Positions 1-14,284 of a stretch of 64,000 bases of DNA are shown piece after piece. Position 1 is the first letter of the stretch; the number at the start of each line of letters is the position of its first letter. This DNA is from Octopus vulgaris (Eukaryota): NCBI GenBank assembly GCA_951406725.2, contig OX597816.1:90644001-90708000 (forward strand), written 5' to 3'. Both the position numbers and the translations under genes were made by a program. Below the pieces are notes generated by a model, which saw only the letters and a program-made list of their open reading frames with translations, did no database searches and was not told the origin of the DNA.

Positions 1-324
1 CATACATAGCATATATATACACATACATATACACACATATATATACATATACATTGTATATATATATATATATATATACTTTTAACTTAGACACTACCTT
101 ATCTATCTTCACTCACCCTTCAGGGTATATAAATCTTGAAGGGCATATTGTATAGTTGGGAAAGAAATAAAGATTGGAACTTACCATTAGAGGGTAATGT
201 ATTCCTACACCACACTATATCTTCCTCTTTTACAACACTTTATTCTTATCTTATTCATCAAACTCATTATCATCAAACTCTGGTCACTACTGTCTTGAGT
301 CTTTGGACTCAGAGCTGTTTACTC

Positions 325-530
325 GCTTTCCATCACTGAAAGCAGACCATTTCCCCTCAACGAAGACAGCAGTCTGTTGCAGGGTTACTTATTTACAGCG
401 AAGTGAATTGGTGCAACGTGAAATGAAGTGTTTTTGCTCAAGAAAACAATGCACCGCCCAACCTGGGAATCGAAATCACGATTTTGCTATCGTGAGTGAG
501 TGCAACATCCTAACCACTCGGCCATACGCT
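325..530 (-). mobile_element. tRNA-derived CORE-like SINE (family C), diverged partial copy
   Basis: The reverse complement shows a B-box-like 'atttcgattcccagg' followed by 'ttcttgagcaaaaacacttcatttcacgttgcaccaattcac', matching the copies at 3357 and 58513. Confidence 0.6.
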
Positions 531-640
531 TTCACTTATCCTACGGAAAGCGTAAAAAATATAAAACACTAGTTAACTCACACTTTTGGTACTAAAATGT
601 TTCCCAACATTAAACCACATGAAGGCCACCCATACAAACA

Positions 641-644
641 CACA

Positions 645-702
<58 letters not shown>
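641..702. repeat. (CA)n microsatellite
   Basis: Direct reading. Confidence 0.95.
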
Positions 703-706
<4 letters not shown>

Positions 707-856
707 GTGGAAAAGTTTTTGGCTTTGAGGGTCTCGTGAAAGGCCTAGTTGGAAGCCCAACCTTCTGAGTTCTTATACAGGGCTTAAAAAAACTAAACGA
801 CCGTTGCAATAAGTGCGTGAATCATAATTAGCTGATCCTCCTGTATTTTTTTTTAC
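703..856 (+). mobile_element. Mariner-derived MITE, degraded copy
   Basis: Shares 'aaaagtt..tggcttt', 'gaaaggcct.gtt', 'tgcaataagtg.gtgaat' and 'cataatta.ctgatcct' with the TIR-bounded copy at 53435-53607. Confidence 0.6.
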
Positions 857-919
857 TGAAGGCGGGGCGCATTTTAGCACCATGTCCTATTTAAAGCTTG
901 GTAGCTTACACTACCAAGC

Positions 920-983
<64 letters not shown>

Positions 984-1136
984 CCTATGCTACTATGTAT
1001 TTGTTAATCCAATTAATGCCTAGATTGTAATAAAATAAAAAGCTACACAGATCCGTTATTAATTTAGTCTCAATTCTCAATTTAGTAAAAATGCATGTGT
1101 GTTTGTGAGTGTGTGTATGTGTGTACGTGTGTACGT

Positions 1137-1184
<48 letters not shown>

Positions 1185-1462
1185 CTATTTCGTAGCCAAG
1201 ACATGTGCGAATCAGCATTTTAGGAATTTCAACAAAACGGCTGACTTCATTATTAAATTCATGTATACTTCACGTGAAATTAGTAACTTCTTTCAGGCTC
1301 AAAATTTACAAATTTTTCGTTGCATGACAATAATAAATATGATTGACTCAGCAAAAGATGAACTTAAGGGACCAAACTGCTAATTTATTATTATTTCTGA
1401 AAAATAATTTCTCTTCCACTTATGATCTCTACCGGTTTTTGACCGATTCTAACAATCCAAAT

Positions 1463-1507
<45 letters not shown>

Positions 1508-2049
1508 ATACACACACTGACAATCACACACATACATATATACACATAAGTCGCCCTTCTTTAGGTTTAGACTATCACTTGTTAAGTATCTATCTACCTG
1601 TCCGTCCGTCTGTATGTTTCTATGTCTGTCTATCTGTTTAAAATCTTTTAAGAGACTTGTCTCAGACTAAATAGTACAAATAGCGTTGCTCACTTCTTAA
1701 TTAAATGCTCTTTCAAGTGCGTATATCAATTTAACTTAAACCTTGTCAGCTTCCGCACAAATCAGTAAATGTTTAGTTGCTGATTTCTACACATAAGTGA
1801 AAGGTCTGACTTGGCTCAAAATGAATGTGAGTGTGCATCACTGAGGAGGTGAAATTAAGCCCAAACACTGGTGTTTGACGTCCTGTTCATGACATTCTGA
1901 ATAAGCGCTGTATTTTAAATACACTAGGTTTCGTACGAGAAGTTTATCTAAAATAAAATCTTACAGCTAGTATCTTTCTCCGTTTGTATATACAATCTAA
2001 ATGACATACACATAGTTATTTTAGTCGAATGCCGTTTTTACGTGCATCT

Positions 2050-2220
<171 letters not shown>

Positions 2221-2736
2221 TTAACGTTTGTTTTTATGTATAGATAAAGCGCTGCTAGACGTGAATTGAAAGATCACTCAATGAAATTAAGCAGAATATC
2301 ACATTTTATGTTGCATGGAAAATGTTCGCATTTTATTTATAATGAAAAAGTGATTTCGAAGTTTCAGTAGTCATTGACATCCTTAAATTGAAAAACTTTT
2401 GATATTTAGAATATTTTGCAGATTTTCGTTTCATTTGGGTGGCGGGTAGTTTACTAGTTATAATGTAGGTGTGGTTTAATAATGTATATTTTTGACGTAA
2501 TAAAAGCAACGTTAATGGATTGTTTGATTGGGTGAACAGAAATAAGAAACTGTAATTAATATTTATTATTATGTTAATATGTTAACTAATTAAAGCTAAG
2601 ATTTTTTAAACCGAGGAGTTACATAAGATGGGAATACAAAGGGAAAGAAGTAGACTGTAGAGAGAAACGAAGGGGAGAAGAAAAAGGTTTGTTGGGTGCT
2701 TGAGAAAGGACGAAGAATATAGACTAATTTTTTTGG

Positions 2737-2842
<106 letters not shown>

Positions 2843-3356
2843 TATAAATATACTTGTATGAAAATGCATATAAACGCCCATCACATATATCAAACGCGTA
2901 AATGCACATCCATGAAAATTTATGCAAACATACGATGTACATATGTTATCAGTAGCTCTTCCTGCAAGAATAAACCATGCAACGCATGTTTTAAGTATAC
3001 AAGTGACTTCAAATAACTTATCTGATTTTATAATATTTCTTTCATTTTAATGAGGGGTCGAAAGAGAGCATATACATACTATATAAATGATGTGGCTTCT
3101 AGTTCAATCTAGTTTACATAAGAGAATTTACCCCTGATACACATTCACATACTCGTATACATTGATACAAACACGGCCCACACGTGTGTATTATTTAAAT
3201 CAAGCTATAAAGATAAAACACTGCGGTTTCATTTTGTGAATTAACAAAATCGCCAAATGAAATCGAGATTTGGATAATATGATTTTGATAATTCGCTATA
3301 GAAATCTGCAGAAAATATATTTTGAGTAAACAAATCATATATCAATACAAACATGT

Positions 3357-3530
3357 GGAGGCGCATGGCTTAGTGGCTAAGGTGCTGCGCTCATGACCGT
3401 AACATTGTGGTTTCGACGTCTGGACCGGGCGATGCGTTGTGTTCTTGAGCAAAACACTTCAGTTCACGCTGCTCAAGTCCACACAGCTGGTAAAAATGAG
3501 TAATTCTACAACATACTGGTGTCCCGTCCA
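3357..3530 (+). mobile_element. tRNA-derived CORE-like SINE (family C), 5' part
   Basis: A-box 'tggcttagtgg' and B-box-like 'ggtttcgacgtc', then CORE-like 'gtgttcttgagcaaaacacttcagttcacgctgctcaagtccacacagctggtaaaaatgagt'. Confidence 0.7.
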
Positions 3531-4699
3531 AGAAAGAATTAATATATACACCAGAGTGTATATATTGTGAATTAACTAAAGATAGAACGTGCAGGACTGT
3601 GAAACTTTTTGAGATATCCTTCTTTTGTCAAAAATCGTTCATATTGACACTGTCAATGAAACCCACTTCGAATGTTTTCGAAAAAAATCACTAAAGTAAT
3701 TTCATGTTCCTACTTCTAGTTCACTTTGGAGGAAAAGTGTATCTCAGTTCCCGGGGTTAACAAAATATTTTACACCTGATCTAACTTAGCAACTGACAAT
3801 TGAATGTCTTGACCATGATTAGAGTGCAGTGCCAACGAAATAGAGCATTAACTCTACGACTGCATGTTTGATACCCTTTTAGTTCAGTCACTGTTGAGAT
3901 AGCAAATGGATTGCAATTTCTGATATCTCACATAAAATACCACTTCACTCAATGTACTTTGTTGAACAGATATAAACAAATGAAATTTACCTAAAATTTG
4001 ACTGAAATTTTTCAACACAAATAGATGGCAAGATTCATTGAACTCAGACTCGAAAACCAGATGTACCAGGCAGGGATTTCATATGAAGTTGATAAGAGAA
4101 AAGTAAATTCAGTAAATAAATTATTACATCGGTATAACGAATACGGAGAAAATACACAATAAAAGGAAACAATTAAAATGAGGGGCCATAACCAAGAATA
4201 TTATATAGTAAATCAAGCCAAAAAGACGTAAAGTGAGTATAGAAAGCTTTGTACACAGATCCATCAGAATTGATTGCACAAAAATATAAAAAAGGAGGGA
4301 AGTAAAGGGCCGCAATACAAAACAAATGATAGAACATCTGAAAAAAAAATAAGCAAAAAGCACACGAGTTGATTACTTCATTTAAGGGAGCCCATGCATA
4401 GAACAAACCCTTATCCTACAATGAATGCAATAGTAATAAGTAAAATCGATGAGGCATTGAAAGGAAAACAATACCAACTACAGTAAAACAACTAAAAAGC
4501 GAGGAAACAAATATGAAATATACTCATAAGACAAACAAAACAAAACCCGAGGTAAAAAGGGGAAGTGAAAAATTTTATATAAAGAAATAGCATAATTGTA
4601 AATATACGAGATCGCGAATAAAATTTCAAAAATAGCATCTAAAAAGAAAAGTAGAACGGTGCAAAAACAGAACAAAACAAAACAAAACAAAAGAAAAAA

Positions 4700-6000
4700 C
4701 CCACTAAAAATGAAAACTAAAATTCAAAGAAATATAAGAAAAAATACTTCAAAATATGGTGAAATTGATAGAGGAAAACAATTTTGAGTAAGAATTTCTG
4801 TGAAAAGAATAAGAAAATAGAAGATAACAACTCATGTACAGACGTCATTAACAGAAGAGAACGCAATGAAAAATGCCTGAAGTTCTTGGAAACATAGAGA
4901 AAATGATGGTCAGAAGGCAACGAAGGTATATGCACAAATGTAATATTAAGCTTCCGAGTAGAGGAAGAAGCTGGATATTATTAGAGGAAAGGGACCGCGA
5001 CAGCAAATTTCCTATGGAATATCTGGGCGTATTCAAATTGATACCAATGGTTGTAGGATTCCTAAAAGCTCCTATATCTGAATAGAAGCTTGAGGTGATG
5101 CTTACCCTCAAGCAAACTCCTATAACTAGATCGGTATTTGCTTAAAGTGGAATACTTTAATAGCACTAATTTTCCTATTTTTATTTATTTTCTACTGCTT
5201 CCACCGAATTTAAGGAAAAGTGCCTGTAACTTATGAAAAAAAAAAAAAAAAAACTACCTGATACACAAGAACAATATCAAACTTACCTGTACACCAGAGA
5301 CTTTAAAAATTCTTCAGATTTACTACTAGTACAGAGTTTGATATCGTGAAGTGTAGACTTACCAAGTCTGAAATAAAGCAACAAACTAGAAATAGAATTA
5401 CAATCCGACGAAGAATATTCTTATCGCTGTACCATTGATGTGGACTATATACAGCATTCCACTACGGAAGAAAATAAAGCATGGAAGGAGTATTTTAGAG
5501 GTCGGAGGATTATTCTAAAAAGTGAACTTTGGAATGAAAACAAAACAGGTAGTGTAAATATTTACTCAGCTACTTTGATATCAAGAAAAAAACGTAAAAA
5601 GAAATTAGGAACTGAAGTTTAAATTAAAATATCTTTAAAAATCAAAGAATGCGTCATTGAAAAGACAGATGTACACTGCAGCTAAGCACCCAAGAGAAAA
5701 GAAGAGCTTCTTCAAACAATTTCCTAGTAGTCATTTCCAAATGCATTGCTGTTAAAGAAAACAAAATACTCTTGAAATGATATACACATATCAACCTTCA
5801 CACAAACCAATCGGCGAACTAATCGGCCTATCCATGCAATTTCTAGGAAATTTTAAAAAGTGTACGAGCGGAAAATATTTGAAAGAGAACAAAAGATACC
5901 AGATAGAGAATAGAAGCAATACACGGACCGTCAAAACAACGGTACTTGATGCCGACTGTGCCATCATAAAGATAAATGGTTAAAATAACCAAACGAGAAG
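4700..6000 (+). mobile_element. Highly decayed R4/Dong-type non-LTR retrotransposon fragment
   Basis: Peptide KEYFRGRRIILKSELWNENKTGSVNIY (ORF 5440-5622) resembles the post-RT 'KEY..R.R.ILKS.LN..NK..AIN' motif, also seen near 19495. Confidence 0.55.
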
Positions 6001-6199
6001 AAAACCAAAAGAAAATAAAAACAAACCAGATGGAAAATATTACATTATGTAGCTGAAGATGCATTAATTTGGTTATATGAAATACATCACGGACAAACAA
6101 AGCTGTGTGTCACATATGTAGCTAAAAGTAAAAAAGTAGACGATCTCTATCCTCATAGACATGGCACCGTCGCTTCAATGTTGAGCGGTGTCTAACCAG

Positions 6200-7140
6200 T
6201 GCCGCAACTCTTCTTAGAACTGTCCAAATTGCAATCCCACAATTGTTAATTCCACAATCCTTAAGTTCTTCCGTCGCCCAAAAGAATCTCCTCCAACTTC
6301 GCAGAATCTTCTCTTCCCCCACTTCTCAATAATGATAATTCTGTGAGCAGTATTTCAGCGAAGAAAGTATTCACTTTCACTCACCGTATTGTATCAAACA
6401 CCCATACCGCATGCACTTGGCACATTACCACATTTACCCCACTTCTACTCAGCATGTTTACTGCCTTACAGTCACACCCTCTAACTTTAAAATGAACTTT
6501 TTGTCATTTCAGACCATCCAGACTACCAACCTGAGAGTGTTACTTATATTAACTCCACACATTGCATCAAAGACATAACTGCTCAACTAACTCCTCAATC
6601 TCTCCCTCTCTACAGGATTAATATTCTGATCTTTGGAAACACACTAAAATGTGTTACATTTCCAAGAAGGAAAACTACTCTAACCCTTCCAACTATCATC
6701 CTCTCGAACTCACTTCCAGTATCTCAAATGTAATGGAGACAGTTATTAACAACGACGTCTTTCAATACTTTGAATCTGTATCCCACCACATCTTAACCAT
6801 TTTGGCCCTCGTAAAGTCAAATACAATGGATGCTTCCTCACTTAGGTCACCCGACGGTTTGCTTAAATCATAGTTGTAGTCCTCGACATAAGCAGATTTT
6901 TCAGTAATGTCAGTCGTGCGAATTTCCAATTGAAACTTCATATCTATGAGCCCCTCCCATCTTTCATCTCTCTCTCTTATCAGATCACACTTTTTAACAG
7001 TGTGTGTTGGCGGATATCCCATATAAATTCGTGTATGACACAGGGTGATCCTAACTTTTTCCTTTCAATAGATGAATAGCCATCACGTCTAACAACGCTT
7101 ACTCTCATAAAGATTACATTACTATCCAAACTCCACAAAT
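6200..7140 (+). mobile_element. Decayed CR1/L2/Jockey-type reverse transcriptase fragment
   Basis: ISKKENYSNPSNYHPLELTSSISNVMETVIN (6649-6873) matches the RT N-terminal motif PKKG..S.PSNYRPI.LTS..SKVME. Confidence 0.65.
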
Positions 7141-7691
7141 TTCTCCAGAGTGCTTAACCTTTTCTTTTATGCTGGCAAGGCTGATCAAAAATATAAATAC
7201 ATAATGGTTTCTGTTTAAGGCACGAGGATAACGAGGTAAGTGGTTAGTCGATTCCATCGACATTGAACTCCGCTGGTATATCATTTCATCGAACCCGAAA
7301 GGATGAAGCCTTGTGCTTTTAGTAGATATGATTATAGGTACATTAGTTTATGTACCTACAACTTTACACAAAAACCTAGAAATACTCGGACTTTTGAAGA
7401 AAGGGTAAAAGAAACTGACTATTAGAGGCACGTGGAAATTGTAAGATGTTCCAAAGAGTCTCCATCTGAGGCGCTTTAGATGAATTGATGCACACATTTG
7501 GGTGTAAGCATCTTCAGCTCAACCCTCACATCAAATCAACCTCATATTTACAAACACCGAGACTCTCTTAATTCAAAATACACATAAATGCAAGACTATC
7601 TCACAATACATTTGTTGTACCCGTACTGATACCATCATACGCATATCTATATCTGTGTATGTATTGATACATGCATGTAGGGCGGTATGGA

Positions 7692-7723
<32 letters not shown>

Positions 7724-8330
7724 ACACACACATACACACAGAGAAAAAAATCCACTGAACAGTGAGCACTTTTATTTTAGATTGTAGTAAGGCATCCCTA
7801 TTGCCTTAAAAGAAAATACTGTGTCGCCATAAATGACATTAACACCTTACTAAACATGGTTCGGTTACCCAAACACGGTTTGAGTGTAACGAAATAACGG
7901 TAGACTGGAATGTAAGCTTTGTAAATTTTCCCACCAAATACTCCGACCGAAATTTCAGGTTGCTTGATAGAGCGTTTTAAAAGCTGTGATATTGAATTCT
8001 TAACCGGAATAGCTTCAGGTATTACACAGAATTCTGTCGGTCAGCAATAGGCTGTTCTCCTTTTTCTACATATTTTGTCTTTAACAACTGTGAAAAATTT
8101 ACTTATAAATAAACAATAGTTTATGTTAGGAAATTTTTTAACTATTACTTTTGCTATTTCTTGTATGATGTTGTATTAAATAATTCTACATATGTAAATA
8201 CAAATGTTCGGATAATAATAATAGATGGAGACTTATACAAATATTAATGTAATCATTCTCGTCTTCAAACGCAGCATACTTAGTATTGTGTATTAACTAA
8301 CACAAAATAATGACTAAGACCTACAAGAAT

Positions 8331-8384
<54 letters not shown>

Positions 8385-8870
8385 TGTGTGTGTGTGTCAC
8401 GAATGTCGTATCGAAAATATTTTATAGTTATATCTTCTTATTGAGGTTCTTTTCATATTTTCTATAAGGCGTTTGAAGATGCGAGCCCACCATACCATTA
8501 CTACATGGAACAAGTGTAACACTGTATTCCATAATGCAAATGAAATTTTTATAGCAAAACATTAGTGGACGAAATATCTATAACATATATAAGAGGAATC
8601 CTTACTCACAATAGAGGAGAGTGCTAAAATACATATGCAGACATCGTATATACGTTGCAAACAGAATAGACATGAATGTGACTGATGATTTGTAACTCTA
8701 ATGTTTAAATTTCAAACTTCGGTGATAAATTTCACACACGCCAGTAACAAATCACCACCTGAAAATGAAACTGTGAAAGTGTAGAACCGTTGATGATGGA
8801 TTTATGAACTTTACTGTCCATAAACTGTTCCAAACAAACTGCAAAGTATTCATACTAGAATATGATAAAG

Positions 8871-9712
8871 CTTAACTTTACAAATAAATACATGAAATTT
8901 TGATATAATATAAAGGACGTAACGGAAATTAATATGGATAAGTCAAATTTTGCAACACAACTACATCACATATGAAAAATGACATCGCCTAAATGGCAGC
9001 CATTTTCGGCTTCGCACGCCCGTACTCATTCCAAAATTTGCACCATAACATCCTCAAGAGTTTCAAACCCTACTTCTCTGATTTCTCTATTGACGTTCTC
9101 CTTCAGTTGCACCAGGGTATCCAGTTTGTTGACGTAAACCCTCTCTTTCAGGTATCCCCAGAAGAAAAAAATCCGGGCTAGTCAAGTCTGGGGAACGTGA
9201 AGGCCATTCAAAGTAGACTTCACACATGGTTTCAGCAAGATGGACCGACTGCTCATACGCAAGAGAAACAATGCTGTTGCTTCGGCAGTGCTTTGAAGAA
9301 AGAATAATCTCCCGCTACGGCAATGACAACTGACCTTCACGTTCCCTAGACTTGTCTAGCCTGAAGTTTTTCTTGTGGGAATACCTGAAAGAGAAGGTTT
9401 ACGTCAACAAATCGGGGACCCTGGTGCAACTGAAGGAGAAAATCAATAGAGAAATCAGAGAAGTGAGGTCTGAAACTCTTGAGGGTGTTATGGTGCAAGT
9501 TTTGGAATGAGTACGGGCGTGCGAAGCCGAAAATGGCTGCCATTTAAGCGATGTCATTTTTCATATGTGATGTAGTGGTATTGCAAAATTTGACTTATGC
9601 ATATTAATTAGCATTATGTCCTTTATATTGTATCAAAATTTCATGCATTTATTAGTAAAGTTAAGAAAGTTATTAAAAATTGAAACTTATCAATGACTTT
9701 TAAGACACGCTG
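8871..9712 (+). mobile_element. DD41D (rosa/Visitor-type Tc1/mariner) transposase remnant arranged as a foldback element
   Basis: 9227-9570 reads WFQQDGPTAHT/ARETMLLLRQCFEERIISRYGNDN*PSRSLDLSSLKFFLWEYLKEKVYVNK...CEAENGCHLSDVIFHM* with one frameshift. There are 41 residues between the QQD aspartate and the third catalytic position, which is retained as D in the left arm. Inverted arms are 8871-9206 and 9331-9665. The right end reads 'acacgctg|TA'. Confidence 0.8.
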
Positions 9713-10169
9713 TATATGGATATTGGTTTGATCCTTACCAGAAACCAATATTTACATGTTGCTATAAGCGACTGGGTTGTTAGAAGATTATATCTCAGGT
9801 TGTACATCTGTTTCATTTCATTCTCCTTATACACTTATGTCTCTTCGAAAAACATTTTTACTCAACTCAAAAATTCTCCATACGTTGTATCGATGATATA
9901 TAAATATATAAATATATTGAAACGCGTGCATTCTGATGGGGACAGTAAACAATAATATAGTATAGGATATATAACTAGATTTGAATTTAAAGGATACGAT
10001 TAATGTAGACAATGGGAGAAAACGAATCAGTTTCGTAATTACAAAACACAGAATAAAAAAAAACAAAAACAATATAAACTGTAATTGCATTCAGTTACTT
10101 TATACTATTAAACAGTGATTAATTACTTCTACCTCGAAAAGAAAAATCAAGTAATTCTTGGAAACAACA

Positions 10170-11160
10170 GGAAGCTACGTCATGAGAATGATTCAAAATA
10201 CAATGTTAATGACAGGAAAACAATTAGACTAATCCTGAATGAGGAATTTGAAAGACAATGTTCATCCCTATTTTTGACTATAAACAACCTTTGCTGCAAG
10301 AGGAGCCAATTCTGAGAAGTAGAGGCTATTGTAGTAGCGGTGAAAGATGCAGTGAGTGGAGACATTACATATGTGAACCTGAAACCGGAGTGAGTCTATG
10401 AATGACTTAATGCCATATACTTGAATGACCTTTAATCCGATGTGGTCTAGGATATCTGTGTAATTAAGAAAGTGAGGGTAGAACAAAAATGCTGTATTTA
10501 GGAAAAAGAAAAACAAAAAACAAAACAGGGAGTTTATGAAGGGAATGTTATTTAAAAATGATTCTTGGTGAAATATCAAACTCCAGAAGACATATTCAGA
10601 AGATATGTGTCCGATAGAGAAATATAAAATGGGCAGCAGTAAGGCAGCGGGCATAACTGGAACTAGATTGCAAATGAAAATTACTGTTTAAACAGACTGA
10701 GTTAGTAATTAGAATATTTCAATTACGTTAAATAAAGGTGATTATATAGGCCTTACTAAAGTTAATTAATGTTGTATCTTAAGGCGGGGAGGCAACAATT
10801 AAATAAACTTTAATTAGTAAGAGAGAGTCTTAGGATGTATCAGTAAAATGAAAAGGAAGGATACAGTATATTAAAATGAATTAAAGGGATTAAATTAAAT
10901 TATATTGAATTAATTAGCACTAAGTAATCTACGTAAACGTGTGATATGATTTAACCCAAACATTATAGGATTTAAAAATACGTAAGTGGTACGATGAAGT
11001 AACTATAGGAGTAGGAGCAGAAGAACGAAATAAATCACTGAAAATAAGTATCTTGGAGACTACATGGAGTGATTTAAATCATGAAAGTCAAGGGGTAAAA
11101 CAAGTTATTGAAACTGAATCAAAAGATATAAGGGTAAAAAGTAAAAACAATTATAGAACG
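10170..11160 (+). mobile_element. Decayed RTE-like LINE reverse transcriptase fragment
   Basis: Near 10625 the sequence reads KMGSSKAAGITG (compare MK.GKA.G.DG), and near 11000 'aactatagga' gives NYR. The region is heavily degraded. Confidence 0.4.
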
Positions 11161-11804
11161 AATACATTAATAGAAGCTTACCTTTAATAATCCTTTCATT
11201 TATTTACTTATTCTATCACGTTTATCCTATTTCTTTTTGCTCAATAAACCAATTCCAATAACTAACTTCTGCCTTCTCCACGACGTTTCTTTGATTAACA
11301 TTTTTTTAACAAGGTTCACCGCACATTTTGCTAGTTCAGTCGTATTAGTTGTTTTAGCATAATTTAATTTAGTGCTTATAAATTATTCATTAATATAGAT
11401 AGCAGTGTGCTTCCATTTCTCGCTATGTTTGTCCTTCCCACAATAACTCTGATCATTCTAGAATCTTGTTTACTGTAAACTAACTAGAGTTACTGTCATA
11501 TAACTAATTATGCTGGTTAACACAAATTTGTAAGTAACAAATACTTAAACAGTGTTATTATTGGAAACGCATGTTTATCGCAAATATGCAAATAATAAAT
11601 TTGTCTTAAATCTATTTCAATTTATAATTTTTATTTCGAAAATTATCATTAATATCATTATTATAAGAACGTACAATTACTGTACTTTTAAGAAGTACAA
11701 TAACTAAAAAATTTTAAGAACGTACAATTATTGTACTTAAGTAATTATTACTTAACACTCTTGTCTTGATAAAATGCATTCTTCGCATATTCTACTGGGG
11801 CAGC

Positions 11805-11935
11805 TTAAAACTCTCGAGGTTGACTTTGCATTCTAGCCTTCGGAATCGATAAAATAAGTACCAGCCGAGCACTGGGGTCGACATAATCGACTTACTCCCT
11901 CCTGAAATTTCTGGCGTTCTACCAAAATTTCAAAT
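11805..11935 (+). mobile_element. tRNA-derived SINE family A, partial
   Basis: 'gaggttgactttgc...gataaaataagtaccag...cactggggtcgacataatcgactta' is the family core. Confidence 0.7.
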
Positions 11936-11964
11936 GAATTTTAATTAGGATTTTCAAAAAGTTT

Positions 11965-11970
11965 TACTAT

Positions 11971-12034
<64 letters not shown>
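11965..12034. repeat. (TAC)n microsatellite
   Basis: Direct reading. Confidence 0.95.
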
Positions 12035-12035
<1 letters not shown>

Positions 12036-12099
12036 TATAAAGACACATAATTAGTGTTATAACTATCATTCCTATGATATGTATATATATAAATATACA

Positions 12100-12770
12100 T
12101 TAATCCATCACTTTATGCAAGTAATGCGTTCCTGAAAACTTGGCTGTAACGAGAAATTTCGTAGTACTAAATTAATTTTCCTGCTGACTGTCATATTATC
12201 AAGTGGGAGTGCGTTTCTACGGACATTTTCGAAAAACAAAAGAAAAAAAAAAAGAAAGACGCACAATAAAATAACAGAGGACAAGCAACATGATCACCTT
12301 TATACATGAAAATAACAATTTCTAAACAAACAGGTACGATATAGATACATAAAAGCACAAAAAACATCTCAAGAGGAACACGTTGGGGAATTAATAAGAA
12401 TCGTAATATCGTAAGAGTACGTTCTTATCATGAAATATATATGAGAGGGTGAAGGGCAGTGGTGGAATGAACGCATTCTAGGAGGATGAGGGACAATATT
12501 TACTATCGTATAGTTCAATATCACCGACATCAGCTTGAGTGGGGAAGAGCTTATCTGAAGTTGTTTGTTGTTTATGATACATCATTCCTTTGTACAGCTC
12601 AGTATAGGAAGTGAGCTCACCGTGAACTCCTCTTGTAATTTTTATGTTACATTCACAATTGGGATCATTATCAGCAAAATCCTGCGGACCTTTCTCTATA
12701 AGTGCCAACTCTTTGGCAGAAAATTTTTGTGGCCAATTTAAGTGGCTTATCTGCATTCTCACTTTATTCT
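12100..12770 (-). mobile_element. Tigger/pogo-like DNA transposon, 3' remnant
   Basis: ORF 12478-12762 ALIEKGPQDFADNDPNCECNIKITRGV...SYTELYK...KQQTTSDKLF resembles the Tigger C-terminus (DPN..R..KV...Y.E.Y..KK....QT.LD.FF). A subterminal-like 'gcgttcctgaaaac' lies near 12126. Confidence 0.55.
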
Positions 12771-14091
12771 TTTATTTAAAAAATCTGCTCCTGGTTATTC
12801 TTTTACGTATTTCAGTCATATGACAGGGGCCATGCTAGAGCACCGCCTTTAGAAAAAATATGGACCGCTTCACGAATTTGCATGTCATAAACTTTCTTTC
12901 TTGGACACTAGCAACTCAATCACATCATACTCTATATAGAATACAAAAATACTCAAAATTTCTATACTGCATATACAAATACTCAAAATCCACCAACTCA
13001 ATACAGTTCCAGAAGTATCACATACCCTCTATTTTTTGGTAAGTCTCACAAAAGGTATTGCGTAACATCCGAATGTTACATCTATGAATTAGTTTGAAGA
13101 CATATCACATTTTAATTACGTTTATGTTTAAAAGTATATATTTAAAAGTAGGCCAAAGCAGGATATATATTCCTTCAGAGATGTCGAGAAATATATTCTG
13201 AATATTTTTAGTCTATTTCATAGTTTGGAATTTGAGGGAATTTCAGAAACTGTGACATTGTCTATTAAAACTGCCTTGCACTCACTGCCATTCGCATGCT
13301 AACTCCGTCGCCATTAATATAGGAAAGCAGTGAAAAATTTCTTATGCTGCAGCTACTTGGAGGGCTGAATAAATATCTGTTATATGTAACAGTTGCTGTA
13401 CTAGATTAAATTAACCATCTGCGTATCATACTTAATGCAAATTAAGGCGAATTGGCTTCGGTATTCGTCCGGAGATAATACCTCTTATGGACGTGCTATG
13501 CTTAAAAACAGAAATATACGAGCAGCAGATGAAAATCGTCTAACAGCATAGGTGAAAATTCTCGTTAACGTTTTTACCTTATTCGACTTTCAATAGCAGT
13601 GCTCACTGACAATAGGTAAATAGTGATAAAAAATCACTGATCTTGCAATTAATCGTTCGGTTGAATAAAAATTCATTTTATGCAACAGAAGCAGAATTAG
13701 ATTGAATAATCATCTGTATAACATACTTTCATACTTTATCTAGCCGAACGGCTAAATGCAACACTAGTGGTTGTTCAATCTCTGTTTTCCTATATCAGTA
13801 GTGCTAAATTTTGTTTTAGCATACGAATCAGAAATGTGCATCCAGCATTCTCACAGGCGCTGCTTGATGATTTTCGTCTACTATTCATATATTCGTGTTT
13901 TTAAACGCAGTGCATCGATAGCACATAGTATTTCCAGGCAAATGTGCAGTTAATTTGCCTTTTCTCGATGTATTTGCATTAAGAATAATCCACAGGGAGC
14001 TCGCCCCGCTCCACTCCTCTCTCATATGTATGTATATATGCATACATATATATATACATATATACATATACATACATGCACACACACACAC

Positions 14092-14128
<37 letters not shown>

Positions 14129-14218
14129 CATACACACATGCATCTTATTGTATTTATATGTATCTCTGTATGTCTATTTGTCTATCTATATATGTATATA
14201 TATTTGTGAATACACACT

Positions 14219-14284
<66 letters not shown>

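Noticed and set aside
894-921. 11-bp stem hairpin aagcttggtag/ctaccaagctt
   Set aside because: It is too short and isolated to assign a function, and bacterial terminator logic does not apply here.
8993-9543. Two near-identical ORFs (MAAIFGFARPYSFQNLHH...) on opposite strands, suggesting a duplicated small gene
   Set aside because: They are antisense readings of the two arms of the DD41D transposase foldback.
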